A stretch of 49,634 nucleotides of DNA, from positions 1 to 49,634 of the forward strand of contig CACLYL010000004.1 in NCBI GenBank assembly GCA_902611135.1. The letters are read 5' to 3'. Positions 33,323 through 41,691 of this stretch are shown in pieces; positions within the stretch are counted from its first letter, which is position 1, and each line of letters begins with the position of its first letter. A model generated the notes under the pieces. That model was not told the DNA's origin. It saw only the letters and a list, made by a program, of their open reading frames with translations, and searched no databases. The DNA comes from an uncultured Fidelibacterota bacterium. Its GTDB lineage: Bacteria > Fidelibacterota > Marinisomatia > Marinisomatales > UBA1611. A program made the position numbers and the translations under genes.

Positions 33323-35137
33323 ATGAAATTAAATTCAATATTAGCAACAGATTGTGGCAGTACTACAACAAAGGCAATTTTGATTCAAAGAATTGATGGT
33401 GAGTTTAGGCTAACCCATAGAGGTGAGGCTCCCACTACTGTTGAAGCACCCTTTGAAGATGTGACCCGAGGAGTTTTAAATGCTGTGATGGAGATCGAAG
33501 AATTGGCCTCAAAAAAAATCCTTAATGGGAACAAAATTTTATCGCCACAAAAAGATAATGAAGGAGTTGATATCTTTATATCAACAAGCTCCGCTGGAGG
33601 AGGGCTTCAAATGATGGTTGCGGGAGTAGTTAAATCTATGTCAGGCGAGAGTGCAGAAAGAGCAGCATTAGGAGCAGGTTCAATTGTTATGGATGTGATG
33701 GCCTCAAATGATGGTAGGCTTGGCCATGAAAAAATTAAAAGAATACGAGATTTAAGACCTGATATGATTTTATTATCTGGAGGGATAGATGGAGGGACGA
33801 TTTCTCATGTAGTTGAACTTGCAGAAGTTCTCTCTGCTGCAAATCCGCAACCAAGACTGGGTCAAAGTTATAAATTACCAGTTATTTATGCCGGAAATAA
33901 AAAAGCTAGAAATCAAATTAAAAAGGCTTTAGGGGACAAAGTAGATTTAGATATTGTAGATAATATCCGCCCTGTTTTAGAGCAGGAAAACCTCGAACCA
34001 TCGCGTGATAAAATCCATGATCTTTTTATGGAACATGTTATGCAACAAGCGCCTGGATATAAAAAGTTAATGACATGGACGGATGCTCCAATCATGCCAA
34101 CTCCAGGTGCGGTTGGTTTTTTAATTGAAATGATAGCAGAAAAGGAAAATATATCTGTGGTAGGTGTTGATATTGGCGGAGCAACAACAGATATTTTTTC
34201 AGTATTTCAAAAAAAGTTTAATCGAACAGTAAGTGCAAACTTGGGCATGAGTTATTCTATTTGCAATGTATTAGCTGAAGCGGGTTTGGATAATGTTTTA
34301 AAATGGGTGCCATTTGATATTGACCGACAAGAGTTAACAAATCGTATTGGAAACAAAATGATTCGTCCCACAACGGTTCCTCAATCTCTAGAGGAACTTT
34401 TTATCGAACAAGCTATTGCAAGAGAAGCACTTCGTTTATCATTTAAACAACATAAAGAATTTGCAGTTGGATTAAAAGGCGTTCAAAAGAAAAGAACTAT
34501 ATCAGATGCATTTGATCAATCTAGCTCGGGTGAATCTCTGGTCAATATGATGGATTTAGATCTTCTTGTTGGATCTGGAGGAGTTTTAAGTCATGCTCCG
34601 AGAAGAGAGCAGTCAGCAAAAATGTTGATAGATTCGTTTATGCCAGAAGGCATAACTCAGCTTGCAGTTGACTCAATATTTATGATGCCACAATTAGGTG
34701 TTCTTGCTAATATTGATAAAAAAGATATAAGCGATGAGGCAAGAAATGCTGCTCTGGAGGTTTTTCATAAAGATTGTCTTATCAGGTTAGGCACTTGTAT
34801 TACACCAATTGGTAAAGTAAAAGACAATTCAATAGTATTAAAAGCGAGCATTATATTTCCAAATGGAGAAAAAGTACTGAAAGAGATTAAAAAAAATGAA
34901 TTAATCCGTATTGAGGCTAAATTTGAACCATTGGACGCTGAACTTACACCCCATAAAAGTATGGATATTGGAGCAGGAAAAGGTGAAACAATAAAAACTA
35001 AAATTTTCGGAGGGGTAGTTGGATTAATTTTTGATGGTAGAGAAAGGCCCATTACACTACCCTCAAATAAGGAAAAGAGATTATCTCTTCTAAAAGGTTG
35101 GTCTGATGCCCTCAATGAATATCCAAAAAAGAGTTAG
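33323..35137 (+). CDS. Glutamate mutase L (GlmL/MutL)-family ASKHA ATPase
   Basis: DCGSTTTK (phosphate 1), SSAGGGL, LSGGIDGG, YAGN, PTPGAV, DIGGATTD (phosphate 2) and GSGGVLSH motifs. Confidence 0.88.
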   Translation: MKLNSILATDCGSTTTKAILIQRIDGEFRLTHRGEAPTTVEAPFEDVTRGVLNAVMEIEELASKKILNGNKILSPQKDNEGVDIFISTSSAGGGLQMMVAGVVKSMSGESAERAALGAGSIVMDVMASNDGRLGHEKIKRIRDLRPDMILLSGGIDGGTISHVVELAEVLSAANPQPRLGQSYKLPVIYAGNKKARNQIKKALGDKVDLDIVDNIRPVLEQENLEPSRDKIHDLFMEHVMQQAPGYKKLMTWTDAPIMPTPGAVGFLIEMIAEKENISVVGVDIGGATTDIFSVFQKKFNRTVSANLGMSYSICNVLAEAGLDNVLKWVPFDIDRQELTNRIGNKMIRPTTVPQSLEELFIEQAIAREALRLSFKQHKEFAVGLKGVQKKRTISDAFDQSSSGESLVNMMDLDLLVGSGGVLSHAPRREQSAKMLIDSFMPEGITQLAVDSIFMMPQLGVLANIDKKDISDEARNAALEVFHKDCLIRLGTCITPIGKVKDNSIVLKASIIFPNGEKVLKEIKKNELIRIEAKFEPLDAELTPHKSMDIGAGKGETIKTKIFGGVVGLIFDGRERPITLPSNKEKRLSLLKGWSDALNEYPKKS

Positions 35138-35140
35138 ACT

Positions 35141-36265
35141 ATGGCACATTCATACACACCAGGATTGAAAGTTTTAAAATCATCCATAATTGATAAAAAC
35201 CGTAGATTACCAATAAAGGGCGAAGTAAGAAAAAAAGTTGGAGATAGTGTATCACCTGATGATATTGTAGCTAAAACAAATCTTCCAGGTAATGTTCAAA
35301 TAATCAAAGTGGCTAGTCAATTGAATATTGGTCCTGCTGATATTCTTGAAGCTTTAAAGGTGAGTGAGGGAGAGCAAATCAAAAAGGGTCAGCTATTAGC
35401 ACAAACTGGAGGTTTATTTGGATTATTTAAATCTGAAATATTTAGTCCAATTGATGGAACAATAGAATCTATTTCAGATGTAACAGGTCAAATTATAATG
35501 CGTGAAGCGCCCATTCCTGTGGAAATAGATGCCTATACTTCCGGAATTGTAAGGGATATAATTCCTGAAGAGGGCGTTATTATTGAAACAAAGGCAGCTT
35601 TTATCCAAGGTATTTTTGGAATTGGTGGCGAAGCTCGAGGGATTTTAGAAATTATTGTTCAAGATAGGAACGATGAAATTACACCCGAAATGCTAAACAG
35701 CTCTCAAAAAGGAAAAGTTATAGTAGGCGGAGGATTTATTGGTTTGGAAGCATTTAAAAAAGCAATTTCTTTAAATATATCAGGTATTGTAATAGGTGGT
35801 TTTAATTATTATGACCTCAAAGAAATTTTAGGTTACAACTTAGGCGTTGCAATAACTGGATCAGAAGATATTAATACGTCACTTATAGTTACTGAGGGAT
35901 ATGGACATATAAAAATGAGTAGGGGAACATTTAGTCTTTTAAAAGAAAATGAAAATAATTTTTGTTCTATTAATGGAGCAACTCAAATTAGAGCAGGTGT
36001 CATAAGACCAGAAATTGTCATACCAGTAAAAGAAGATAGCTTAAAATCAGTCAAAGAAAGTAAAATTGGTAAAGGTATAGTGATAGGTAGTTTGGTTCGA
36101 GTGATAAGAGCGCCTTTTTTTGGATTAATGGGTAAAGTGACTGAATTACCATCCAAGCTACAAAAAATGGAATCTGAAACTTTGGTTCGAGTTGCTAAAA
36201 TTAATGTTGACGATCAAGATATAATAATTCCAAGATCTAATTTAGAAATGGTAGAAACAGATTGA
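35141..36265 (+). CDS. Hypothetical protein with barrel-sandwich-hybrid (RnfC-N/NqrA-N-like) repeats and C-terminal KOW motif
   Basis: KKVGDSVSPDDIVA, VSEGEQIKKGQLLA, SPIDGTIESI; IGSLVRVIRAPFFGLMGKV (KOW); 3-nt gap after the GlmL-like gene. Confidence 0.75.
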   Translation: MAHSYTPGLKVLKSSIIDKNRRLPIKGEVRKKVGDSVSPDDIVAKTNLPGNVQIIKVASQLNIGPADILEALKVSEGEQIKKGQLLAQTGGLFGLFKSEIFSPIDGTIESISDVTGQIIMREAPIPVEIDAYTSGIVRDIIPEEGVIIETKAAFIQGIFGIGGEARGILEIIVQDRNDEITPEMLNSSQKGKVIVGGGFIGLEAFKKAISLNISGIVIGGFNYYDLKEILGYNLGVAITGSEDINTSLIVTEGYGHIKMSRGTFSLLKENENNFCSINGATQIRAGVIRPEIVIPVKEDSLKSVKESKIGKGIVIGSLVRVIRAPFFGLMGKVTELPSKLQKMESETLVRVAKINVDDQDIIIPRSNLEMVETD

Positions 36266-36316
36266 TAGATATTTTCCTTTCCTGAGGTTTTAATTTTAAT
36301 TAAGATTTAGTGTAGA

Positions 36317-36634
36317 ATGAAAAAAGATAATTCACAATCACATATAATAGAGCATAGTGATAATGTATTTATTGATCGTATTTCAAATAAAATATATGAT
36401 TCAGGCCTTATCACACCAGCTATTTTCTTCCTTGAGATGACAAAGCCTATCTCTCTTTTGGGAAGTCACTTCCTTATATTTTTGGGACCCGTGGTAAATG
36501 CATTTATCCAGTCAGATGATTATTATCGAGCAGCCCAAGTTTTTGAAGATTCTAAAAATGTAGAGTTATTGATTCAGAAACTAGAAACATTAGAATTAAA
36601 AAATCATAAGAAGAGAGAAGCAATTGAAAGATAA
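36317..36634 (+). CDS. Small hypothetical protein of the GlmL/DUF6754 cluster
   Basis: 105 aa; GLITPAIFFLEMTKPISLLGS amphipathic/hydrophobic core; 11-nt overlap with the next gene. Confidence 0.8.
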   Translation: MKKDNSQSHIIEHSDNVFIDRISNKIYDSGLITPAIFFLEMTKPISLLGSHFLIFLGPVVNAFIQSDDYYRAAQVFEDSKNVELLIQKLETLELKNHKKREAIER

Positions 36635-37496
36635 GAATTTTATTGTCTCATCAATAATTATTTTTTTTGCTTTCACCTATCTACAGCTATTTAAGCCAGA
36701 TCTTTACATTGATGAAAGGGGCTTGCTCCTTTTTTTAATCTTGCTTTTTGGTGGAATACTACAATACTCTACTAGACATGCAATTAGAGGTGGTGATATT
36801 TTTTTAAGGACGATACCGGGAGTAAAAGCAGTTGAAGAGGCAGTAGGAAGATCTACTGAAATGGGTAAACCTGTCCTTTATGTTCCTGGAATTCAAGACA
36901 TGGATCAAGTAGAAACTGTTGCTGGAGTAGTTATTCTTGGACATGTATCAAAAATGACCGCCAGATATGAAACACCCCTGAATGTTCCTGTTGCAAGATC
37001 AATTGTATTAAAAGCCGCACAAGAGGCCTGCAAAGAATCATATTTAATTGAAGGAAAATCAGATATATATAATGAAAATATGGTTCATTATCTCACTGAT
37101 GATCAATTTGCCTATGCCGCAGGTGTAAATGGTATCATGAATAGAGAGAAACCAGCTGCATGTTTGTACATGGGTAAATTTTATGCTGAATCACTTTTAC
37201 TTGCAGAAACAGGAAATTCAATCGGAGCTATTCAAATTGCAGGTACTGCTTCACAATCTCAAATCCCCTTTTTTGTTACAGCCTGTGACTATACTCTTAT
37301 TGGAGAAGAATTTTTTGCTGCCAGTGCATATTTATCACAAAAGCCCGAACTATTAGGAATTGTAAAGGGTCAAGACTATATCAAACTTTGCATAATCATT
37401 ATGATAGTTGGCGGTGTGCTCCTAAGATTTTTGTATGATATAGATCTAATCGATTTTAATGTTCTAGATTTTTTGACTGTTTCAAACTTGAAATAA
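36624..37496 (+). CDS. DUF6754 domain membrane protein
   Basis: IPGVKAVEEAVGRSTEMGKPV, QFAYAAG, AESLLLAETG, QIAGT and CDYTLIGEEFFAASAYLS motifs; N- and C-terminal TMs. Confidence 0.82.
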   Translation: MKDKNFIVSSIIIFFAFTYLQLFKPDLYIDERGLLLFLILLFGGILQYSTRHAIRGGDIFLRTIPGVKAVEEAVGRSTEMGKPVLYVPGIQDMDQVETVAGVVILGHVSKMTARYETPLNVPVARSIVLKAAQEACKESYLIEGKSDIYNENMVHYLTDDQFAYAAGVNGIMNREKPAACLYMGKFYAESLLLAETGNSIGAIQIAGTASQSQIPFFVTACDYTLIGEEFFAASAYLSQKPELLGIVKGQDYIKLCIIIMIVGGVLLRFLYDIDLIDFNVLDFLTVSNLK

Positions 37497-37497
37497 T

Positions 37498-38316
37498 ATG
37501 ATGCTAAAAAGACAAGTTCCCATTTTCATCGTGATGTTTTTTGGATTCCTAACATTATTTGGATGGTTTATTGATCAAAATCAAGTTAAAGATTTCGTTG
37601 ATATTCATGGCTTACAGTGGTACAGTATAATTTCTACATTTGCCATCTTCCTTGGAATTATTACACTAATTAAGCTTCAACTAATAAAAATACTAAAAAA
37701 ACAAAAAGGTTGGCAGTATTCAGTCGTCGCTATTTTGGGCGTTCTATTTTCGTTTACAGCTGGGTTTATTTACAAAGGAAATCCCGATGTAGAATGGGGA
37801 GGACATGTTATAGAAAAAGGAACTCTGTTCAAATGGATTTTCGAGTTCATGTTTACCCCTTTATCAGCTACTATGTTTGCATTACTTGCATTCTTTGTCG
37901 CTTCTGCTTCATATAGAGCATTTAGAATTAGAAATTTTGAAGCAACATTATTACTTATCTCTGGTATGATTATTATGATAGGTAGGGTACCAATTGGAAG
38001 TTCAATTTCAAGCTGGTTTGTCCTTTATCTATTGGTGTTTGTTATTTCGATAATCATAAATAGCATATTTAAAAATAAAACCTATACCATGATTTCTTTT
38101 TCATCAGGATTAATCATCGTTAGTTTGCTGGGTTTTTACATGGGCTGGCCTTTAGATCGTCCAGGTATTTTCTACCTTCCTACATTACAAGAATGGATTT
38201 ATAAATATCCAAATGTTGCAGGTGCCAGGTCAATATCTATTGGTATAGGTCTAGGAATATTTGCAACGTCAATTCGATATATATTAGGATTAGAAAAATC
38301 CTACATTGGAGAATAG
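37498..38316 (+). CDS. Polytopic membrane protein (GlmL/DUF6754 cluster)
   Basis: About 8 hydrophobic segments; PLSATMFALLAFFVASASYRAFRIR, GRVPIG and PNVAGARSISIG motifs. Confidence 0.82.
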   Translation: MMLKRQVPIFIVMFFGFLTLFGWFIDQNQVKDFVDIHGLQWYSIISTFAIFLGIITLIKLQLIKILKKQKGWQYSVVAILGVLFSFTAGFIYKGNPDVEWGGHVIEKGTLFKWIFEFMFTPLSATMFALLAFFVASASYRAFRIRNFEATLLLISGMIIMIGRVPIGSSISSWFVLYLLVFVISIIINSIFKNKTYTMISFSSGLIIVSLLGFYMGWPLDRPGIFYLPTLQEWIYKYPNVAGARSISIGIGLGIFATSIRYILGLEKSYIGE

Positions 38317-38318
38317 GC

Positions 38319-39161
38319 ATGAAGTCTGTTTTAAATTTAATACTAAAACTTAGTAGCATAGATAGAAGATGGATTTTTTTAATTATAGGCTTATCTGTTT
38401 TCCTTCCTCTATTTTTTCCTTTAGGACTTCCAATAAGAGCAACGGATACCACCCAAATTGTATATGATGCCTTTGATTCTTTAGATCCAAATTCGAAAGT
38501 ACTCCTATCTTGTGAGTATGGTCCCAGCACAAAGCCTGAAATACACCCTATGGTTATTGCAGTATTGCATCAACTTTTTAGAAATAATCACAAAGTTTAT
38601 GTGAGCTGCTTGTGGCCTGACGGTCAATTTATGGCAGATGAGGCTCTAAGAAAAGTGGCACCGTTGTATGATAAGACATATGGAGAAGATTATGTAATTT
38701 TAGGTTATAAACCTGGAAATGAAGCAGTTATAAAAGGGATGGTTAGGGATCTAAGGGCAATATTTAGCACTGATGTTAAAGGTAAGAAGGTTGAGGATAT
38801 CCCAATGATGAATAAAATTTTTAAGTTCGAAGACTTTGATTTTTTATTTTCTGCCTCTGCAGGATTTCCTGGATCAATAGAGTGGATGCAATATGCTACA
38901 GATAACACCGATGTAAAAATGAGTACTGGAACTACTTCAATCATGGTAAATGATATAATGCCCTTTGTTGTATCTAAACAAATACAAGGGATACTGGCGG
39001 GTATGCCAGGTGCTGCTGAGTATGAGACCTTAGTTGGTGAACCTGGTATAGGGACTAGTGGTATGGATGCACAGTCTCTTGCTCATTTAGTTATAGTATT
39101 ATTTATTATTTTTGGAAACATTGGCTATTTTATTGAAAGAAATAAAAGAAAAAGATACTAG
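38319..39161 (+). CDS. Membrane-anchored alpha/beta protein (GlmL/DUF6754 cluster)
   Basis: N-terminal TM (DRRWIFL), EYGPST.PE, YGEDYVILGY, GMPGAAEYE and MDAQS.AH followed by a C-terminal TM. Confidence 0.82.
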   Translation: MKSVLNLILKLSSIDRRWIFLIIGLSVFLPLFFPLGLPIRATDTTQIVYDAFDSLDPNSKVLLSCEYGPSTKPEIHPMVIAVLHQLFRNNHKVYVSCLWPDGQFMADEALRKVAPLYDKTYGEDYVILGYKPGNEAVIKGMVRDLRAIFSTDVKGKKVEDIPMMNKIFKFEDFDFLFSASAGFPGSIEWMQYATDNTDVKMSTGTTSIMVNDIMPFVVSKQIQGILAGMPGAAEYETLVGEPGIGTSGMDAQSLAHLVIVLFIIFGNIGYFIERNKRKRY

Positions 39162-39172
39162 GGATTAAATTA

Positions 39173-40000
39173 ATGATTTTTAATGATATTTTTGGAGCAT
39201 GGGTTGCTGTTTTTTTTACTTTAGCAATATTTTCTTTTCTTTATAAAGACAATCCTTTTTATAAGATAGCCGAACATGCTTACATTGGTATTTCAGCAGG
39301 ATATTGGTTATCAATTGGTTTCTGGACGATAATACAGCCAAATTTATTAGGCAGATTGTGGCCTTCAAAAGAATATTCAGAAGAAAGTTTTTGGTATTCT
39401 ATTTATGATTTTCTTAGCTCCATAATTCCTTCAATATTTCCAAACGGGGGTATAGATAAAGGTCATAATATGGATCTTACCTATTTAATTCCGCTTGTTC
39501 TAGGTATTATGATGATTTTAAGTATTTTTAAACAATTTAATTGGATGGCTCGTTGGGGAATTGCATATACTGTTGCAATTGCTGCAGGATTGAGAGCATA
39601 TGGCTACTTAAATTCGTATATTTTGGGCCAAATAAAAGGTACTATTGTGCCATTGGCAAATACAGAGTACCCTATTTTCCATATTTCAGAACCCTCTTTA
39701 TTAAATAATTTGTTGATATTACTCGGTACGGTCACTGGACTTTTATACTTCTTCTTTTCTAGAGAACAATCCGGTTCATTTGGTAAAATAACCCGGTTAG
39801 GAATTTACTTCTTAATGATTTCTTTTGGTGCATCCTTCGGCTTTGCTGTTATGGGTAGAATATCACTTTTAATTGGAAGATTTGTTTCGCTTATCGACTA
39901 TTCAAGCTCTCAATATCATCATGCTACATTGTGGGTTTTTTTTCTAATGATTATATTATTGATTTATTCTGCAATTAACGATCGATCTACATCCAGTTAA
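39173..40000 (+). CDS. Polytopic membrane protein (GlmL/DUF6754 cluster)
   Basis: TLAIFSFLYKDNPFYKIAEHAYIGISAG, LLYFFFS and MISFGASFGFAVMGR motifs; about 7 TM segments. Confidence 0.82.
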   Translation: MIFNDIFGAWVAVFFTLAIFSFLYKDNPFYKIAEHAYIGISAGYWLSIGFWTIIQPNLLGRLWPSKEYSEESFWYSIYDFLSSIIPSIFPNGGIDKGHNMDLTYLIPLVLGIMMILSIFKQFNWMARWGIAYTVAIAAGLRAYGYLNSYILGQIKGTIVPLANTEYPIFHISEPSLLNNLLILLGTVTGLLYFFFSREQSGSFGKITRLGIYFLMISFGASFGFAVMGRISLLIGRFVSLIDYSSSQYHHATLWVFFLMIILLIYSAINDRSTSS

Positions 40001-40019
40001 TTTTAAATAAAGCTTAAAA

Positions 40020-40505
40020 TTGACAACTTTTAATTTTAAGGTCAATTTTGTATTTATTTTTTTTATTTATCTCTCTTGCACTAATATCAGTTCAAGAAAT
40101 GTTATATCAAAAAAAAATGATTTCATCTGTTTTTCAGATTCAGGTATTTTTCAAAAATCGGCAATAAAAATTTTGGAGGCATTTCAGTATCAGGTTAAAA
40201 ATTTTGAAGTTCTTCCGAACAAAAATATTATTGAAACTAATTGGAAAATTCACGATAACAGATCTGATTTTAAATTCCCTAGTTCATATGGAAAGGCAAG
40301 AAGTAGGTTGATTCTCACATCTATTAAAAATATTAAAACAGATACTTATAATAATTTAAATATTATCGAATCCTATTTTAAAATAGAATTTGAGAGGTAT
40401 AATAAAGACGGATGGTATAGTGTACCTGTTTCAGATGAATTAGCTAAAGTGAAAGTTGCCTTTATTCGAGAACTAAAAAAAGAAATAGAAAAACAGAATA
40501 AATGA
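40020..40505 (+). CDS. Hypothetical lipoprotein (weak BamC/NlpB-like)
   Basis: TTG start, lipobox-like YLS-C, IIETNW motif; ATGA overlap with the sirtuin gene. Confidence 0.55.
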   Translation: MTTFNFKVNFVFIFFIYLSCTNISSRNVISKKNDFICFSDSGIFQKSAIKILEAFQYQVKNFEVLPNKNIIETNWKIHDNRSDFKFPSSYGKARSRLILTSIKNIKTDTYNNLNIIESYFKIEFERYNKDGWYSVPVSDELAKVKVAFIRELKKEIEKQNK

Positions 40506-41209
40506 ATTTAAATAAAATAGAAACTGAAAAATTTGATTCCATAATATTTTTTACTGGGGCTGGAATGTCTAAAGAATCAAATATTGATACTTATCGAGGA
40601 GATGGTGGAATCTGGAATACTTATAATTGGAAAGAATTTGCATGCCAAAAAGCCTTTATAAAAAATCCTTTAAAAGTTCAAAAATTCCACGAAGTAAGGC
40701 GTAAAGAAATTTTTGATAAAAAGCCTCATTATGGGTATAAGATTATTTCTAGCCTACAAAAAAAACACAATAACATATATATATTGACACAAAATATTGA
40801 TGGTCTTCACAAAAAATGTAGACAATTAAATGTTATAGAATTACATGGATCTCTCTGGCATTTACGTTGTGAAAAAACCAGAAATATTTTCGAAGACCGC
40901 AAAAGATGGAAATATGAAAGGAGAAAGTGTCGATGTTCAAAATATTTGAGGCCAGATATTATTTGGTTTGAAGATAACTTAAAGAAAAACACCTTATCAA
41001 GTGCAATTAAACTTGCAGAAAAATGTAATTTATTTATTTCTGTTGGTACAAGCGGGCTGGTTTATCCATCAGCATCAATACCATCAATAGCAAAAAAAGC
41101 GGGTGCTTTTTGTATTGAAATTAACCCAGAGGAAACGGAACTATCTTACCTATATGACCATAACTTAAGACAGGTAGCTACTTCTGGATTAAAATCATTA
41201 TTTATTTAA
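40502..41209 (+). CDS. cobB: Sir2-family NAD-dependent protein deacylase
   Basis: TGAGMSKES, TQNIDGLH, ELHGS, RPDIIWF, VGTSGLVYP and EINP motifs. Confidence 0.92.
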   Translation: MNLNKIETEKFDSIIFFTGAGMSKESNIDTYRGDGGIWNTYNWKEFACQKAFIKNPLKVQKFHEVRRKEIFDKKPHYGYKIISSLQKKHNNIYILTQNIDGLHKKCRQLNVIELHGSLWHLRCEKTRNIFEDRKRWKYERRKCRCSKYLRPDIIWFEDNLKKNTLSSAIKLAEKCNLFISVGTSGLVYPSASIPSIAKKAGAFCIEINPEETELSYLYDHNLRQVATSGLKSLFI

Positions 41210-41587
41210 TTAGGCTAATACTTGCTCAATATCGTCGCGAATTAGAACTAAAATAGCAGATTGCGATACAATAAGGTATTTCCTTTTTTCTAGCTCTATT
41301 TCAATGCTTGCTTTCGATAAAAATAAAACATAATCACCAACCTCAGCTTGAGTTGGTATATACTTTACATTGCTCTTTTTTTCTTTCCAAGGTTCATCAA
41401 ATGTAGAATCAGGGGATCCAAGGGGAATTCCAGGTCCAACCTCAACAACCACTCCACCGCGTACATCTTGTTTTTCTATAACGCTTGGAGGCAAATATAA
41501 CCCAGATGGAGACTTCTTTTCTCCGGTGTCAGGCCTAATTAAGATCCTGTCACCAACTACAATTATATTCTTCCCGTTATTTCTCAT
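41210..41587 (-). CDS. GroES/Cpn10-family co-chaperonin paralog with insertion
   Basis: VGDRILIRP, SPSGLYLP, GVVVEVGPG and VGDYVLF; extra loop PLGSPDSTFDEPWKEKKSNVKYIP. ATG41587 preferred because TTG41602 lies in the terminator. Confidence 0.85.
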   Translation of the reverse strand: MRNNGKNIIVVGDRILIRPDTGEKKSPSGLYLPPSVIEKQDVRGGVVVEVGPGIPLGSPDSTFDEPWKEKKSNVKYIPTQAEVGDYVLFLSKASIEIELEKRKYLIVSQSAILVLIRDDIEQVLA

Positions 41588-41592
41588 GCTAG

Positions 41593-41628
41593 AAAAAAGC
41601 AATAAGCCCTGAATTAACAGGGCTTATT
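41593..41628 (-). terminator. Rho-independent terminator
   Basis: Minus strand AATAAGCCCTG-TTAATT-CAGGGCTTATT-GC-TTTTTT: perfect 11-bp stem followed by a U6 tract. Confidence 0.85.
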
Positions 41629-41688
41629 AACACTGCACCGCCGGTTGAAAGGAGGGTCTAGGAGGGTAACTAGCAAATGCAGCATAAA
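41593..41688 (-). ncRNA. Candidate small RNA: long G-U-rich hairpin with two CCCUCCU (anti-SD) loop motifs plus terminator
   Basis: Minus strand UGCUGCAUUUGCUAGUU-[ACCCUCCUAGACCCUCCUUUC]-AACCGGCGGUGCAGUG. The pairing uses five G-U wobbles that exist only on this strand. GC-rich island in an AT-rich genome. Confidence 0.55.
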
Positions 41689-41691
41689 AAT

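Noticed and set aside
33323-35137. Functional glutamate mutase pathway, or DNA-repair MutL
   Set aside because: No glmE/glmS in the window; the protein has ASKHA motifs, not the GHKL motifs of mismatch-repair MutL.
40502-41209. Sir2 as an anti-phage (Thoeris/DSR) effector
   Set aside because: Short canonical CobB-type deacylase in a housekeeping run with no defence partners.
41650-41667. AGGAGG pair as a plus-strand RBS or CsrA-binding sRNA
   Set aside because: The nearest ATG (41677) is followed by a stop after three codons, and the flanking stem pairs well only on the minus strand, where the terminator U-tract also lies.
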